Shown here: positions 41,953-53,830 of the stretch, in pieces
Layout of the letters: every line of letters begins with the position of its first letter
How positions within the stretch are numbered: the stretch's first letter is position 1
NCBI RefSeq assembly: GCF_036321535.1
Contig: NC_087436.1
Location: 94,490,001-94,554,000, forward strand
Source: Camelus dromedarius
Lineage: Eukaryota
DNA length: 64,000 nt
Direction of reading: 5' to 3'
Translations under genes and position numbers: made by a program
The notes under the pieces: generated by a model
Told to the model about the DNA's origin: nothing
Databases searched by the model: none
The model's input: only the letters and a program-made list of their open reading frames with translations

Positions 41953-42509
41953 TGCATGACTTTTAATAGTCTTCTTTTCCCCTTTAAAACAGCCTAATCT
42001 GTTCAGTTTTTTCTCTACAAATACATATAAGTGCTTCCTTTCCTTCTCTTTTTTTGCCACTACAAACAATGTTGCATTAAATATTCTTTATAAACACACA
42101 TTTACTGGTGATTTTATTTCTAGGGGGTAGGTTCCCAGTAGTGGGATTGCTGGTCAATACATTACAGATTTTAGATATTTCCATATTGCTTTATTTTATT
42201 TTATTTTATTTTGAAAAAATCAGAACACTTGACTTTCCATCACCAGGGTAATTTTTTCTCTACATACCCACTAATAACAGGTTTTACAGTTCTTTCGATT
42301 TTTTTTCAGTTTTAACTGTCAAAACGAATGCCCTGTTGTTGTTCTAATTTGAATTTCTCTGACTATCAGTATTTTGCTTGATCATTTGGATGTGCTCTTC
42401 TCTGAATTGCCTGTTCATATTTGCTCAATTTTAAATTATCTTTTTCTTGTCTAATTCAACTTCTGATGCTGTGTAGAAGTTATACATGCTTGTTAACATT
42501 CTTGCTCCC

Positions 42510-43065
42510 TTCCAATCCAGTCACAATATACCAGCCAGATTGATCTTTTTAAAGTATAATTTGGATTATGTTTGTCTTCTCCTTAAAGTCCTGCAGTCAC
42601 TTTTATTAGCACTTAGAATTAAATCAGATTTCTTAAATTTCCCATGAGGCACATCATCTGGCCCATGCTTGCATCTCCTACTTTATACCACTCTCCCATC
42701 ACTCCTTATGATTCCAGTTCCTTAATCCTTCCAAGCTCTTTCCTTCTTCAGGTACTTTATGCTGCCTCTTGCCTCTGTCTAGAATACTTTACTTTTCATG
42801 TGATAAGTCCTGCTTTGATACTGTTTGAACTAATATTACCCAAAAGAACCAGTGAGAAATTGATGCTTCCTCTAATTTTTTTCTGAATGACCTTTTCCTT
42901 GATCTCTTAGCTCTTGGGATAATCTGTACTTAAATGTTTGTTTACTTTTTTAAAAATTAGTCATCTACCATACTAATCTACTTAAGGACAGAAACAGTAT
43001 CAGTTTTGTTCCCCAATCTGTGCCCAGTAGCCACTGCACCTAATAGGCATTCAGCTGGATGAATG
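42510..43065 (-). mobile_element. L2 LINE fragment
   Basis: ccagattgatctttttaaa...ggacagaaacagt...gaatgg L2-like motifs. Confidence 0.55.
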
Positions 43066-44128
43066 GTTACTGCTTCAGGTTTAACCACACTTGTTTTTAT
43101 TGATCCATCTTATTTTGCCCAGGAATCACCATCTTTCTCCAGGCTGACTTTGCGTATCTCTTCTCTGTGTATTGTTTTACAGTTTAATTCTTGTGGACCA
43201 CCTCACTCTTGTTCCTTCATGCTTTATTCATTCTCTTAAAATGAGGATTAACATTAAAGTAAACCCTAACATGAAACATTGATTTGTGGATTTTCTAACT
43301 TAAATTACTACTTTTATGAGTTTTCATTTAAGTAAATTTTCTTGAAACATAAAAGATGTGTTTCTCTGATTATTTTGAAAACATTTTTAGGGGGAAATGC
43401 AAATGGATTAATTAATTGAAAAGATATGGTTTGATTTTTTGGGTGATTGCTTTCCTTTGTTTCCCTTTAATCAATTAGCACTATAACTGATTCCTAAATA
43501 TCATTCATGTAAAGGTCACTTTCATTCTGAAAACTATTCCTCTCCTAATGTCCATTATGTCTTATATGTTAAAATGGGATTTTATTACTTTAAACATTTT
43601 AGATGACTTAATATATAATACATATGCCAAACCAGAAGAGAAAAGAAGAGAATGTTCAGAAAAAAGTAGAAGGTTAATGATTGATGCAGTAAGAGACAAA
43701 AGTTAGAAGGAAGGAGTGGAGTGACATATTGAAGAACTTTATGTCACAGAATTAGAAAGACTATTATATTTAGATGCATCATAGTGAAAGAAAATAATAC
43801 TGAATTATGAAAGCATGCTCCCTTCTTTTGAAAGTGATACATTTAGAGCATACCATCAATAAAAAGGACTTTTTCATTTAAAATCGGTGTGGTAGCAAAA
43901 CCAAGTAGGTTTTCTCTTACAGATACTGCTTGTGCATTTTAATAAGCAAGTACTATGGTAGGTACCACGTTCAGTTCCTACACTAGAACATTCCTCGTGG
44001 GATGTAAGCAGTTAACTAGAAGCCCTGGAATTCCAACTCCTTTAAAATACTTCAGAATACTTCCTTCTAGTACACATCATTGATATTTAAGGAATTTATG
44101 TTCATAGAATTATTTTGTGCTCTTTTAG

Positions 44129-44481
44129 GAGATTAATTCTGATCAGGTTGCCCAGGGCAACATCAGCAGTGACCGAGGAAAGAAAAGAACAGTAACAGCA
44201 GCTGGTGCAGAGAATATCCAACAAAAACCAGATGAGAAAGTAGATGAATCAGGACCACCTGCCCCTTCAAAACCCAGGAGAGGACGTCGACCCAAGTCTG
44301 AATCTCAGGGCAATGCAACCAAAAATGATGATATAAATAAACCTCTTAGCAAGGGAAGAAAGAGAGCCGCAGTCAGTCAGGAAAGCCCTGGAGGTTTGGA
44401 AGCAGGTAATGCCAAAGCACCCAAACTGCAAGACATAGCCAAAAAGGCAGCACCAGCAGAGAGACAAATTGACTTACAAAG
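44129..44481 (+). CDS. PDS5A: PDS5A penultimate exon (EINSDQ...[11 protein letters not shown]-hook-like motif...RQIDLQ)
   Basis: tcttttag| acceptor and AG|gtaatg donor; 353 nt open frame; basic, disordered C-terminus. Confidence 0.95.
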
Positions 44482-46669
44482 GTAATGTATGCCATTCTTT
44501 CTGAACTTTGAATTTAGACATTTTGTTTTATTCCTAGTATATGCCAGTCATCCCCAAACACCTAGGCATTTGGAAGTGAAAACTGCCCTAGGTTTTCCTG
44601 AGTGAGTTATGATGGCATTTGTTTTTATCTCATAACCTTCAGGACAACAATTTGAAGAGAGATCTTTTTTCCTTTGGTTAATTTTTAATTAAGATACAGT
44701 ATCTTGATATTTCTGTTTCTAAGCATGGATAATACTATCTTTGCTTGGTGTCCTTCACATAGTTACATGGGATTTACTTAATATAAAGAAAGGGCTACCT
44801 TTTGGCTACAAAGGTCCTAGAATGGAAAAGATAGAAGTCATGACAAGTGAACAAGTATATCCTGTTCTTTAACTCTTCTTGTTACTGTTCATTTTAATAT
44901 AAGTCTACAGCTTACCTCTCCCCCAGCCTCACCAGTGAAACGGCCTCGAGCTGCTCATCTTCATCGTGTTTGAGATGGGATTTCAGGCTTTCCATACTGT
45001 AACAGTGATGCTCCAATTGGAGGGCTAGAAATTGCCTCCTTTCATACTTGGCCTACAGTTAGAAGTTAGCCCTACCCTCCTTCTTTTTCCTTGTATACAT
45101 ATACCTAATTCGTCTTCCCCCAAATTAGATTGTAAGTATCTAAGTTCCTCCTAGGAAATAGCCAGCTCTGATCATGTTAGGATACCCCACCATCCTGCTT
45201 CAGTATTTTTATAAAATACAGTGTTGCTAAGGCATACATGTTTGCAACTACATTTTTAAAAATTACTATTTATGATCCTGAAGTTCGGGGCTATTAAATT
45301 TTCTTATATTTTAAGTGTCTCTGAGTACCTTATACAACATCTCATGGCAGCTGATCCAGGACCAAACCTGACTAAGTAATGGGTGTTTCTTCTACTTATT
45401 TATTTCTAGTTTTATGGACTAAAAGTGTAGTAAGAAAAGTCAGTATTGGGGACAAATTTACTATTTTTCTCCGCAAATCTGGACCTTTGAGCTGGAACAA
45501 CATATTGAACCTTGGCCTCCTTTTCTTCATCAGTAAGACAGTATGGTAATACCTTTCTCAAAGGATTGTTCTAAAAGTTAAATGGATCATTAAAGATAAA
45601 GCACTTAACAAAGTGCCTTGCACAGAATAAATTCTCAGTAATTAGTTTAACTATTGTTTTGCATTTTAGTTGCTTTACCCCTTAAATATACTTTTAGTTA
45701 TTCAGAAGCTGAACAGTTTCATGGGAGATTGCCAGAATTCCCTAAAAGGTTTCTAGAATTCTAGCCATTCCTCACCCACACAGAATAGATCATCACACCC
45801 AGGCCACCTGACCTTACTTCTCATGAACTGTCCTTTTGCCATCTAACCGAAATATCCAGGTACTTACTTGGATCCTGAAAAACATTTTCAGTGAGTAACC
45901 AGACCTTGTCTCTGAAATTGTGTGTTGTAACACTCACTGTTCTCCTTTTAGTTACACAATATGCCCCAACAGCATTAAACCAACTAGGAGAAATGGCTTA
46001 CATGCCAGAGCCTGGTTTTGATTAAAAATGGCTTTGGGCCTTCTTAAAAGATACCTTATAAGTCTTAAGTATGCCAGTTAGTAGATAAGTAGGTAGTGTA
46101 TTATCCAAAATACAGAATTCTGTGATGATTTTATATACTCAGTGAAGTTAGATTGTTAAATTAGGTGTTCATGACAACATTTTGCATACATACTTCAGAA
46201 ACTTCTGATTAAATTATTGACTACTAATTAATGGCTAACAAAACATAGAAGTATAGTCTGAAATTTTCTCCCAAGTTTCCTTTTGTCTTTTCCATGTTTC
46301 CTTGGATCTAATATACAACTGCCTTTAAATTCTACCATTCTAACTTAGGCCTGAAATCCTGATGAACTTATTCAGCAAAACTTCATTTACCCCAGAAAGT
46401 CGGTATTGCTCATGATATCCTCTTTTTTGAATTGAATTTGAATTTTACAGGCACATCAGTATTGCTCTTTGTGATTCTCATTTGTTCTTCTAACAAATAC
46501 CAGTTAGAGTGCCAGCACCGTGCTGGGTGTTAGCAGTACAAAAGTATCCAAAACAGACAGGTTCTTGCCCTCAAAGAGTACACTTCCCCAGCTTGTCAGT
46601 TCCAGAAGAAAGCAGAAAATGTTCACTTTAGGTCTGTTGATACAGTAAAAGTATACTTTTTTTTAAATT

Positions 46670-47180
46670 ATAACATAAAACAATGAAATTCTGACACATG
46701 CTACAGTATAAGTGGACCTTAAGGACATTGTGCTAAGTGAAATAATCCAGACCCAAAGGACAAATACTGTATGATTCCTCTTATATGAGTTACCAGAGCA
46801 GTCAAATTAAATTCAAAGAGACAGAACAAGGTGGTTGCCAGGAACAGGAGGAAGAGGGAATAGGTGTTACTGTTTAATAGGTATAGAGTTTCAGTTTGGG
46901 AAGATGAAAATATTCTAAAGATGAGTGGCAGTGATTGTACAACAGTGCGAATGTAATTAATGCCACTGAACTGTGTACTTAAAAGTGATTAAAATGGTGG
47001 AGGAGGGTGTAGCTCAGGTGGTAGAGCGCATGCTTAGCATGCACAAAAGGTCCTGGGTTCAATCCCCAGTACCTCCTCTAAAAATAAGTAAATAATTAAA
47101 CCTAATTACCTCCCCACCAAAAAAAAAAAAGATTTTTAAAAAGTGATTAAAATGGTAAACTGTATGTTACATAGACTTTA
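46670..47180 (+). mobile_element. Old L1 3' end hosting a vic-1 SINE
   Basis: gacacatgctaca...gctaagtgaaataa...ccactgaactgt. Confidence 0.8.
46999..47138 (+). mobile_element. vic-1-type SINE with 18-bp TSD
   Basis: gtagctcaggtggtagagcgcatgcttagcat...ggttcaatcccc; TSD aaaagtgattaaaatggt at 46981 and 47139. Confidence 0.92.
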
Positions 47181-48382
47181 TTTCCTTAAGAAATTGCTAC
47201 ATAAGAATAATAATAGCTAGCACTAATATAGTGCTTATTAGGAGCCAGAGCTATTTTAAGCTTTTTATTAACCTATTAAATGCTTAAAACATCTTTCCAT
47301 GAGTAAGTACTATCATCATCCCTAGTTTATAAAGGAGGAATTACAGGAATAGAGGGTCCATGTAGCTTTTGGTTCTTTTGCTTATGTAAATAGTGGAGGC
47401 AGGATTAAAACCAGGCAACATCACTCTGGAGTCTGTAACCAAAATACTATATTGTACTTTTAAGGTGAAATTCAGCCTTAATTCTAAAGGTACTATATCT
47501 GTACTCAAAACTAGTTTAACAGGATACTTTGAAAATACTTACTTGCATGTTTTACATAGCTGGTGTAGTTTATATATGTGATAGTTTCCATAAAGTAGGA
47601 CATATTTGCATAATTTTTATAATTATTACATAAGAAGCTAGTTTATTTTAAGTGATCATAGGTTGAACAAAACAGAACAACTGTAGTCATATTTTTAACC
47701 TATTTCAGAGTTCATGCAAACAGAAGCCCCTGCATTTTAGCTTCAGAGAGGGAAAAACAGTGAGATCAGATGTTCTTGAATGTGGCCAGCTTAAATGAAG
47801 CACCTAATGCTAAGAATACTGTCAGACTGGTGAAAATTAGGTAGAATAATACATGGGATATTTGGCATGGTGCTTAGCATATATGTTAGTAGAAATAATA
47901 ATGATAATAGGGAAAGGTTGCTGAATGTCTGTTTGCGGTGCCAACAATCATTATGTAGCAAGTACAACCTATGTAAGCGATAAGGAGGTTAGACCTGAAA
48001 AGATTACTTTCTCAGGCCACCTGACTGGTGCCACACAGAGCAGGGCTTTGAATCCAGGCGAGTCCCTTATTAACTGCCTCACTGTACTGCTAACAGTGGC
48101 AGCTGCACTTACGTTTCTCCTCTACACTATGAACATTCAGAACATTATTACTTACTTGTTTTCCTCTTAATGTGTAAAAGGAGATCTTACCGTGTGTAGT
48201 AACCACCAAGCAATGAAATAGACACACTAATAGAAATTCCTCGTTTGTGACTCAGCCGTTTTAACTGTCCTTCAACTTGAGAAATGTTGAATGGTCAAAA
48301 TCCTGAAGGTGCCAGCTTTATTATTATTTCATGAGAAACTTCTAGCTTTCACCTTCTTACAAGATTCTAAACATACTTCTCA

Positions 48383-48511
48383 GTGGGGAGAGCATGGCTC
48401 AAGTGGTAGAGCGCATGCTCAGCATGCATGAAGTCTGGGTTCAATCCCCAGCACCTCCATTGAAGAAAAAATAATCTAATTACCTTCCCACACACACAAT
48501 AAATAAATAAA
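48383..48511 (+). mobile_element. vic-1-type SINE with 15-bp TSD
   Basis: ggggagagcatggctcaagtggtagagcgc...; TSD taaacatacttctca at 48368 and 48512. Confidence 0.92.
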
Positions 48512-50053
48512 TAAACATACTTCTCATTAACAGGTATTACCTGTGATTTGACATCTCGTGTGTATTTTCCTGAGACCTGGTGAGGATCAGATACAGGCTG
48601 AACAATTCTGAATATAGAGCTAATTTAACATCTTGAATCATCCTGTTAAGGTTATCATTACAGTTTCAACCATCTAATTAGTAAAAGAGGAGAGTTGCCA
48701 AAGCTGAGAGCCATCAAACACTGTATTTCTGAGCTAAGGATGAATCCAGAGTAATAGGCTTGGCTCACTTACTGCCCTGGCAACTTTTAGCATAGCCTGA
48801 GGTCCTTGCATTGTGGAACCACATCTGGATCTGGTTCACTGCGCTAAAGCAGTTTACCCCTAGTTTTAAGCTTGAATGCTAGCCTTTGAGAAACAAGGCC
48901 TAGCTCCCTTGTGCTTCTCTTTGGCCCTGCTTTCCAACTCCAGATGCTACTTCCTCAGTCTTTTCCTTTACCTTGCTACCTTACCTTTCCTTTACCTATT
49001 CTTCACACATTTTACTTGCTTAATTTCTCACTTCCCAGATGATCAATTCCTGCCCTGGTCACAACACTCCCCCCATTAACATCTGAAAAGAACCTGACCT
49101 CACCCTAACCTTCACTCTATGTGCAAGTTTCTCCTCCAGGCAGTTAGTCTACACTGTATGCTGGCACCACATGCAGAAAACTCACCCATTTCTATTACTT
49201 GGTATATATACTATTATCATACAGTATGATTATTTAAATTTTATTATTAAATTATTAATGAAAACCACTTTTGAGGCCCTAGTATATGCCAGTGCCGAGC
49301 CCTCTGGAATTTCTCTTACCAGGTCCTCTTACTGACAACATTAGGTAAATAGTAATTGTTTTTAGTAAGACTCCTACTTACATAATTTATTTACTAATTC
49401 AAGATATTTTATTCCACCAAAACAAGGATATTGTGCCCAGAAATTTACTGGAATAGATTTTATTTCTTAATCTGGAAGTTGATACATTTTAACTTGTAAA
49501 TTTAACTGTAGAATTTTTAGATCCCTTTGGATTTTTGCAGTAAATGTACACTTGTTTTTCCTTTGTTTTTGAACTGTTCTTCAAATGGCAAACAATTCCA
49601 AACATTTTGCATTGAAAATGTGTTTTTGTAAGTCTGCTAATTTTTAAGTATGTGTTGCTTCCCCTTGAGGCCAAATTCTTCCCTGAAAAAGAAATTATCA
49701 ATAAACATCAGTCCTTAAACTTGGGACTTATGGGCAACCTGTGGATTTAAGGAAATTGTAGAATAATATAGTTTTCCCATCTTTGGATTGATGTGTTTTG
49801 CTTAGCATACTTAGTATGGGAGTATTCAGAAATCTTGGAATTTATATTTTTCTTAAGCAAAGAATTTACTGTTTTCTATGCTCATTTGTATATTGAGAAA
49901 GTTTCCTCACATCACGTATAATTTTAAGGTTTTCATATCTTAAAATTAAAGTATCTCCTAAGTGTGTTTTCTCATGTATTAAACAACCATATATTAGTCT
50001 GATACTATTCAGTAACAAGTGAATTTTTATCAAAATAATATGAAATTTTTCAG

Positions 50054-50273
50054 AAGCCAAGTGCTCGGAAGTGATGGCGATTCACTTTGGGACATAGAAT
50101 CAAGTCCAGAAAATTCTTCCAGTGATCTGGATCGTTTTAAAGTCTGTGAGAACAGCCAGGAAGATACTGAGGACTCAGAGCTAGTAAAGGGAAGCTTCCT
50201 GAAGGTGCAGCAGGCAGCTTATAGAGGATTCTTTGATACCGTATTATTAAACTTGTTCTGTATAACAAATTAA
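50054..50273 (+). CDS. Putative alternative PDS5A C-terminal exon (R-SQVLGSDGDSLWDIESSPENSSSDLDRFKVCENSQEDTEDSELVKGSFLK...)
   Basis: tttttcag|A acceptor in phase with exon 44129-44481; 72 open codons; higher GC and CpG than flanks. Confidence 0.4.
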
Positions 50274-51174
50274 TAGTCTCTGTAAGAATCTTAATCACTT
50301 AGCTTCTCTCTTACTTTCAGCATTGTTATCTTTATAAAAGGTATATGTAATGTTGGGGTTTGGGAATATAAGTAAACAACACCCTTACCTTTCTCTCCCA
50401 AGTTTGGAATTGTTGAAAAGGAGATGCAATCTTAATAGTGATATGGCTGATTAAAAATGTGAAATGACATAGGCCAGGTAACTACTGATGCCTTGCCCCT
50501 AAATCGAACAACCAGGCAGACCAGAACACACCTTTTGGGGGCAAAAGAGAACGAAAAAAAAAGAAAGAAACCAAAGCCCGACATGCTGTTTTTCCCTCCC
50601 CTACCGCTTCACCTATTAGATGGGTCTTCCTCCTCCCATAGAGCAGTAGGAGGTGGGGAGAAGAGGAAGAGACCATACCTCATGCCCTCATGCTTCCAGA
50701 GATGAGGATTTTCCCTCTCTACTAGAGAAATGGGACTAGTGGGGAATTCCTCTAACTGCTTAACAGAATTAAGCTAAATTTTCCTCCTTGTTTTTTCAGT
50801 ATACTAAAGAACAGAACTTATTTTGCTTATAAATTCATTCTGCCATAATGTCTAGTAATTTTTCTACTATAATACCAGTTTGAATGTATTAATAAAAAAT
50901 TATTTAAAATAAATAGCTTTTACTATTTTATTGTTGTAATAAGCAAATTGAGCATTGGGTAGCAACAGCATTTAATGGTGAAAATGATAACTTCGTCATT
51001 GGCATTTTGTTTTTATATAGTTTACAGAAAGATTCCTAAACCAAGTAGTCTCAGATGAAAAATTAAAAAAAATTTTTTTTTCAGATTTTTGTAACTATAG
51101 AAATAATTTGGGTTTTGTCTGTTTTCCTGTTTATATCTTTTGTAACATTGCTTTCTTCTACTCCTATCCTCAAG

Positions 51175-51178
51175 GTAA
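51175..51178 (+). CDS. PDS5A: PDS5A last exon coding part (final G of the Arg codon plus TAA stop)
   Basis: Pyrimidine tract ctttcttctactcctatcctcaag|GTAA; the following sequence (gcaaagggagaaaatgaaggccaaacagaagcagg) resembles the PDS5A 3' UTR start as I recall it. Confidence 0.85.
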
Positions 51179-51917
51179 AAAGAAAATTCATGTGCAAAGG
51201 GAGAAAATGAAGGCCAAACAGAAGCAGGCTCTAGCTTCTGCAAAAACTTGGATTCAAAATGACCCGGGACAGAAAATGAAGTTAACTTCAGAACACACAC
51301 TTTCTGCCTTGAAAACTGAAAAAAGCTATTACTTCCTTTTTTCACATGACCACAAGTCCTTTGATGGAAATGTACAGCAGAAACTCTTGAGAGAGGCTAA
51401 AAGCAACTCTATTGTACCCTCCCCCAGACTTTTCTTATGAAAAGTCAATAATTAAGCAAATTGCTTAACACTTGGTTCCAGTTCCTGCATATCTGGAGTT
51501 TAAAGGCATATTACACCATTAATTTCCATGCTGCAGTCTTTATTTTAAAGAAAATAACAGGATGTCCTTACACTGACAATGAAAATTCATCAGTTTTAGA
51601 GCCAGGAATTTCCCGTGTTACACAAGAAAAAAATTGAAGTCTACTGAATTAATTTTTTAGAAGAAAAGAGATCAGATTAAATATTTCTTTGTTTTCCTTT
51701 TGGAAACTTTTATGTATAATTCTTTCTGCCTGCCTACTTTTCTGCAAAAATGAGATGTACAGATTTCAGTTCCCTGCTATGAAAAGTGATGTGGTGGCAA
51801 TTTTATAAATGTTGCTTTCTGATTTTTATCAGAGTGAGAAAATAATTAAAAATTATTATTGATTTCATATCACTTCATATTTTGATTTCCCCTCCATTTT
51901 AGTTTAATATAATTTGC

Positions 51918-51923
51918 AATAAA
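51918..51923 (+). terminator. Candidate proximal poly(A) signal
   Basis: AATAAA followed by a TG/T-rich tract. Confidence 0.45.
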
Positions 51924-52332
51924 TGTACATATTGTTTGTTTCATAAAGCATATCACTTTAAAATGGTTTTTACTCCTGTGATTATGTTGGAATGTTTGGA
52001 ATTTTAAAGGAGTAAAGACTGTCCAGCATTTGGTTTTATAATGTTTGTCACCAGATTTTTATTGATGTAAAAAAAGTCAGTTTTTTAAAATAGTTGAACT
52101 TTGGCAGCTTTGTAAGGAAAGTTGGAGGTGTTTAGGATTGCTGTCAGTGAGCAGCATTGTGCTGTTGGGAAATAAGTGTTTTGCTTTTGTTTGCCAACCT
52201 GGGTTCTGTTTTTATGTTTATTTTAGAAGACAACTGTTGCATCAATAAATTGTTCCTTGGCATTGTTCAGCATAGGTAATGTGTGCACTTTTTGTGTACA
52301 CATATTCATTCATATTTAAGTTTTTTGCATAA

Positions 52333-52338
52333 AATAAA
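52333..52338 (+). terminator. Candidate intermediate poly(A) signal
   Basis: AATAAA with upstream TGTA and downstream T-rich tract; another AATAAA at 52244. Confidence 0.45.
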
Positions 52339-53824
52339 TGCTTCTAGATGTCATATGGTAGTCTTTTTTAATCTTTTTATCATATTATGTTCTCTTATGA
52401 AATTTTTTATGTGAAAGGGCTAGTCATAAACAAAGAATATGATTACAGTCAACTCTCCATTATCTATATAAAATAGTGACTATGCCTCTGGTTTTGGATT
52501 TTGCAGTAGTCATAAACTTAAAATAATGAAGGCATACCATAGAGCTAATTTAGGAGGAACTTGAGATTGGTCCTGTCTCACGCCCAGAGTCATCACCTGC
52601 CCCCATACTCCACTTAAAGCCCTGCCCCAAAGCCCTACCTGAATGTGCTCGGTGTCCTTGCTCACATCTAGCGTGGGTTCCAGGACAAAAATATTTGTGT
52701 TATAACTTGATCTTGACAAGCTGTAGTCTACCTGCGATGTAAAACAAACAGTGAACGTGAACTGTGTCAAAAAAGGGTTATGTTAAATGTCAAGTTGCTG
52801 GTAGTAAATGTCACTTATGTTCTCATAGATAATCAAGAGTTGGCTGTATATTGACTGAATGAAAGATGGGTAATTCTTTTAAATATGCATATACACACAC
52901 TTAGTTATCAGATGAGGGTTAGGGAACAATGGATACCAGTGATAGAAAACAGTATCTTTTACAAGGGCAGAAAAAGCTCTACTCTTCCTTATTGCCTCTT
53001 CATAACCCTGTAGAAAGAAAGTATAAAATAATGCCTCCAACATGCTGAAAAAGAATATCTATGCATAAGCATCAGAGAAGTCCCTCAAGCAATCAGTGGG
53101 CATGTTCTAATCAGATTTTGAAGTTCTCTTAGCATCAGACAACTTGATTCTTAAGGCCATCAATCTGCCACCAATATAAAGCACACTGGTAAGGACCTTC
53201 CATCTCTCTTATCTCCTTGACTAATTACTCAGCATCGCAGCTGACTAGATTACCTAGTATGAAGTCATACGTAACATAACGTTAACAGACCATTTGCCTC
53301 AGTTATGGCTGATCAGATTTTTGCAGGAGAGGAGTTACCTAAAAGGTCTGGTCCACATACATATGGAAATGGCCCACCCCTAATTTTTTTTAATATGAAG
53401 CAAGTGTCTGACACTAAGGGAAGGGAGAGTAGGATGATGAAAGATTGAGCTGATGAAGGAGGGACTTGTTTTAAGGGAAATTTGTCATTTTTCCTTTGAA
53501 AAAGGAAAAAGTAAAGTCCCTTAGGAATTTGGTATTCACATCTCAGAGAAATACAACACAAAGTGCAGACTTATATTTGAGAATTAATGTTAACCCTTTG
53601 TGTCTAGTTTGAAGCTTCCTGTATTTGTCTAAAACTACAAGCCAGAATTTTGTATCTCCTTTGATAAAAAGTGTGTATAATGTAAAGTAGTTTTGCATAT
53701 TCTTGTGCTGCACATGGGCTGAATTTTTAAAATTTTTTTAAAGACTTGAAGCAGAACCTTGTAATTTGTGTAAATGACAAGTGTAAAATCCTACCATAAA
53801 ATGCTAAAAATATGCATTGTTTCA

Positions 53825-53830
53825 AATAAA
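53825..53830 (+). terminator. Distal polyadenylation signal AATAAA
   Basis: ttcaAATAAAacc; upstream TGTA motifs; downstream tagtagtgtg. Confidence 0.7.

Noticed and set aside
46999..47075. tRNA-like genes (also at 19620, 22680 and 48385)
   Set aside because: A and B boxes are present, but each has a SINE tail and an A-rich end, and the two + strand copies have perfect TSDs. These are SINEs, not tRNA genes.
349..51174. U12 (minor) introns in PDS5A
   Set aside because: None of the 17 donors matches RTATCCTT. The cttaac at ~20640 is paired with a U2-type donor.
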